A stretch of DNA of 64,000 nucleotides from Amphiscolops sp. MND2022 (lineage: Eukaryota): NCBI GenBank assembly GCA_964187785.1, contig OZ076409.1:52082001-52146000 (forward strand). The letters run 5' to 3'. This document shows positions 61,229-64,000 of the stretch, one piece after another (position 1 is the first letter of the stretch; every line of letters begins with the position of its first letter). A program made the position numbers and the translations under genes. The notes beneath the pieces are model-generated. The model did no database searches. It saw only the letters and a list, made by a program, of their open reading frames with translations, and had not been told where the DNA came from.

Positions 61229-62184
61229 AAAAGTCCTGAGCATACTTTAAAATTTTTGCCTTTTCGAGTCTTAAGTGGAGCGCCAACTTGAGACGTTCCC
61301 GTCTTGTTTTCTACTACCATTGCTCAATTTCAATTCAGTTTTGATTAACTGGGCAAAATGGTCCGAAATTTTCACTACCTGAAAACTATATTTTTAGAGT
61401 AACACTTTTTGGATAGCAGACATTAGAGCAAGCATCTTTAAATATTCCGCAAACTTGCAATGAACGGCTAAGGTCGCTCATACTGCAAGAGTTGCAATAG
61501 AGACACTTGATATGTACTGCAAAGCAAAATAAACCAGATGACAAAAGACAGGTTTCTTGAAGGCTTTTCCAAAGCGTCTGTTCTGAACTATTTCAAAGTA
61601 TGCAAGCGGTTTGAATTAGATTGGCTTCCAACTTTTCGAGGTTTATGATATTCATTTTCTTTTGATAGTATTTTGTAGCCAGCTTTGGCTTAAGACTTTT
61701 TCCCCCCGAAACTTTTTCATATCGCCAAAGGTTCCCCTCTTTGGTTATTGCGATTTTTTGCACCAAACTGGACAATAAAAAAGCCCGAAATTGCTGGTCC
61801 TTTCTGGTTCAGTGAGACTTTTTTCGATGTTTTTTTGATCCTGTGGAACTGATGAGTTTTCTCAATGATTGTGGAAAAGATTGTTTTCAGTTAGTCAGAG
61901 GCCCTTCACTTTGATGTTTTCGGCCTGAAAAAAAAAGCGGTTGGCGAGCGTAATGCTTCTTTTTCGGCACTGAGACTTTTGACCAAAAATTCATTTTTTT
62001 AAAATAAAATCCGTTTTTTTGATGTTTCATGTTAGGGAAAAGCGGTGTTCGAGTCTTAGGCGTATCCCTTCTGGTATTTTTCGGCGCTGTAACTTTTGAC
62101 AAAAGTGTTTCTTGCATATATAAGAAACTTTAGCCTTTTGAACATAGAGCGGGGTGCCGACTTGGGTCGTTCCCGGCTAGTTTG

Positions 62185-62722
62185 TTTTTAGTCGGCGCTT
62201 CATGAAGTGAAACGCGACTATTATAGTGACTTTTTTTTCTATCCACACGAACTGACCAAAATAGTTCTTAAAAGTTCTACAAAATATTATGGTGTCAAAT
62301 TGCACCATTTGGCCTAGCGAACTGGGCCAAAATGGTTTTACCTGTTTTTCCGCGTAACATACCATACCGGGCGAGACCAAAGAGTCCCCCCTTTCAATTT
62401 TTTTCGGCACTGCGAGACATTTTTTTTCGGAATTTTTTTTCCTCAAAGGGTCCCCCTGCATTTTTTTCATGTTTTGCGACAGAATGGATGTTGAAAAACC
62501 TCGAAGGGTCCCCCTTTCAGTTTTTCGGCATTGTGAGACTTTAGCGCGCCAGGGGCTCGCGCTAGCGGGCCCCGGCGCGCCACTCGGTCCATTTTTTTAG
62601 TATGTATTTTTTTTCAAAAAATTTTCGATTTTCGAGTACTGTAAAATACTTGACACTTGGAAGTCTTTTTGCTATTTTTGAGCCTTGGATATGGCGCCGA
62701 CTTGGGCCGGTCCCGGCTTGTT
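62185..62722 (+). mobile_element. HINE family A copy, head-to-tail behind an older copy ending at about 62182
   Basis: Canonical termini; near-identical to the reverse complement of 34549-35235 with fewer internal repeats. Confidence 0.85.
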
Positions 62723-62849
62723 TGAATTACTTTAACAACCTGAATTTCTTTCGTATGCATATCATTCGCTCAATGTATTGGGCTTTGCAATAGTGATGTA
62801 TTTACCGAGATAAAATTTCATGTCAAAAGTTCAGTACTTCCTGGCTATT

Positions 62850-64000
62850 CGTTAAGTATAATAATAGAATGCCTCAACTTTTCAGGAAGAAAACATTGCA
62901 GTAAACTTTTTTATTTGAACATGTTTGGTTTCAACATACTTGGTTACTTTTGGCGACAACATTCAATCATTTCTCTATGACATCATTGTTCAAGAAGTAG
63001 AGTCTGGGTTTGACAAGAACAACCTTGGTGGAAACATTCAAGGCAATATGACTCAAACTTCAGGAGGAACACAAAAAGACAAAGCAGCGAGAAACATCGA
63101 GAAGAATCCCACTTGTAAATCAACATCAGACAACTAGCAATATTGCGCCAATTAAATGCATCGGCACCATTGCAATGACCACTAATCAACATTTTCACAT
63201 TCAGTTTCAACCCACTTAATACAGAACGTATGCCATCAAATACTACGAGCAAAGGTGCCGTTGCTTTTTTTTAAATTTCGCCCAACCTGTATATCTGTTA
63301 CTAACTGAATATTCATTTTTTGTAACTTTTGAGTTAAAGGGTTCAGAACATCATGTTCGCGAGATAACGACGATTGTCCAAAGCATCATTTTAATATTAA
63401 GTCTAACGGAATGGTCAAAAAGTAAGTTTTTTCAGTGGAATACAGGCTGAGATTACATTTTCACTTTGGAGTCCCACTTCAAGAAGAGGCAGATTAAGGC
63501 AATGGGGACTGTAGGGGGGTAACGATTACGTAATTCATTATTCCATTCAATTAGATGGTAAATTACTGATACAACAAGACTTCCGTCGAGATTAATGAGT
63601 CGACTTCTAACATTCATTGTCATTTCTAAATTTATGACCGATTGGCTAGAGTGACTGCAGATTGACCAAACCAGGTATTCCAAGGTATTCAAAAAATCCA
63701 ATTCATTTCCAAAATCCGAGAAGTTTTTGAGGAAATTTGAAAAAGGAATACCTGCTTCTACAAGAAGTATTCAATCATACATGATAGCCCTACAGAAGAT
63801 AAGACATTGAAACATTCATTGGGGCCAATCACACAACTTTCATAGAAGCTAATGTTAGATTTTATCAACATGAATAGACTGGAAATTGATATAATACAGC
63901 TCCAACAAAAAAGTGACTTTTACAACTAGAACTTGTTCAGCAATTTTACAACATTAAAGAAGCAACAAATGCTGCTTTCACCTGGGTCATCAATGAAGTC
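62850..64000 (-). pseudogene. Possible decayed DNA transposase (P/THAP9-like)
   Basis: Coding-like fragments (LLVVFDGIRSVLSGLKLNVKMLISGH; LNVVA) weakly resemble P-type transposase strands; not diagnostic. Confidence 0.2.

Overview
AT-rich, repeat-dense eukaryotic (invertebrate metazoan) genomic DNA, not prokaryotic. The only host gene I can support is a complete minus-strand synaptotagmin-1-like gene. I reconstructed it from 5 coding exons: 23699-23570, 16883-16456, 15494-15224, 7484-7247 and 3718-3529. All introns are GT-AG, phases are consistent, the CDS is 1257 nt (418 aa) and all ten C2A/C2B Ca2+-binding Asp are present. The ORF track misses the first and last coding exons. Non-coding 5' exons may extend to about 44.4-44.7 kb. 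Most of the rest is transposon-derived. The most unusual element is a very young, TSD-flanked, non-autonomous BEL/Pao LTR element in intron 3 (8080-12635). It has one intact 687-aa ORF with no protease, RT, RNase H or integrase core, and a tandem array of primer-binding sites. Also present: a decayed BEL/Pao element with the same PBS (36.4-40.2 kb), many Helentron-associated (HINE/DINE-1-like) elements, several carrying tRNA-like modules, nested MITEs with 8-9 bp TSDs, a tRNA-derived SINE with a (TC)52 tail, hAT transposase relics, Penelope and Gypsy RT relics, and a roughly 3 kb dispersed duplication. Family assignments come from motif recognition by eye; no database searches were run.
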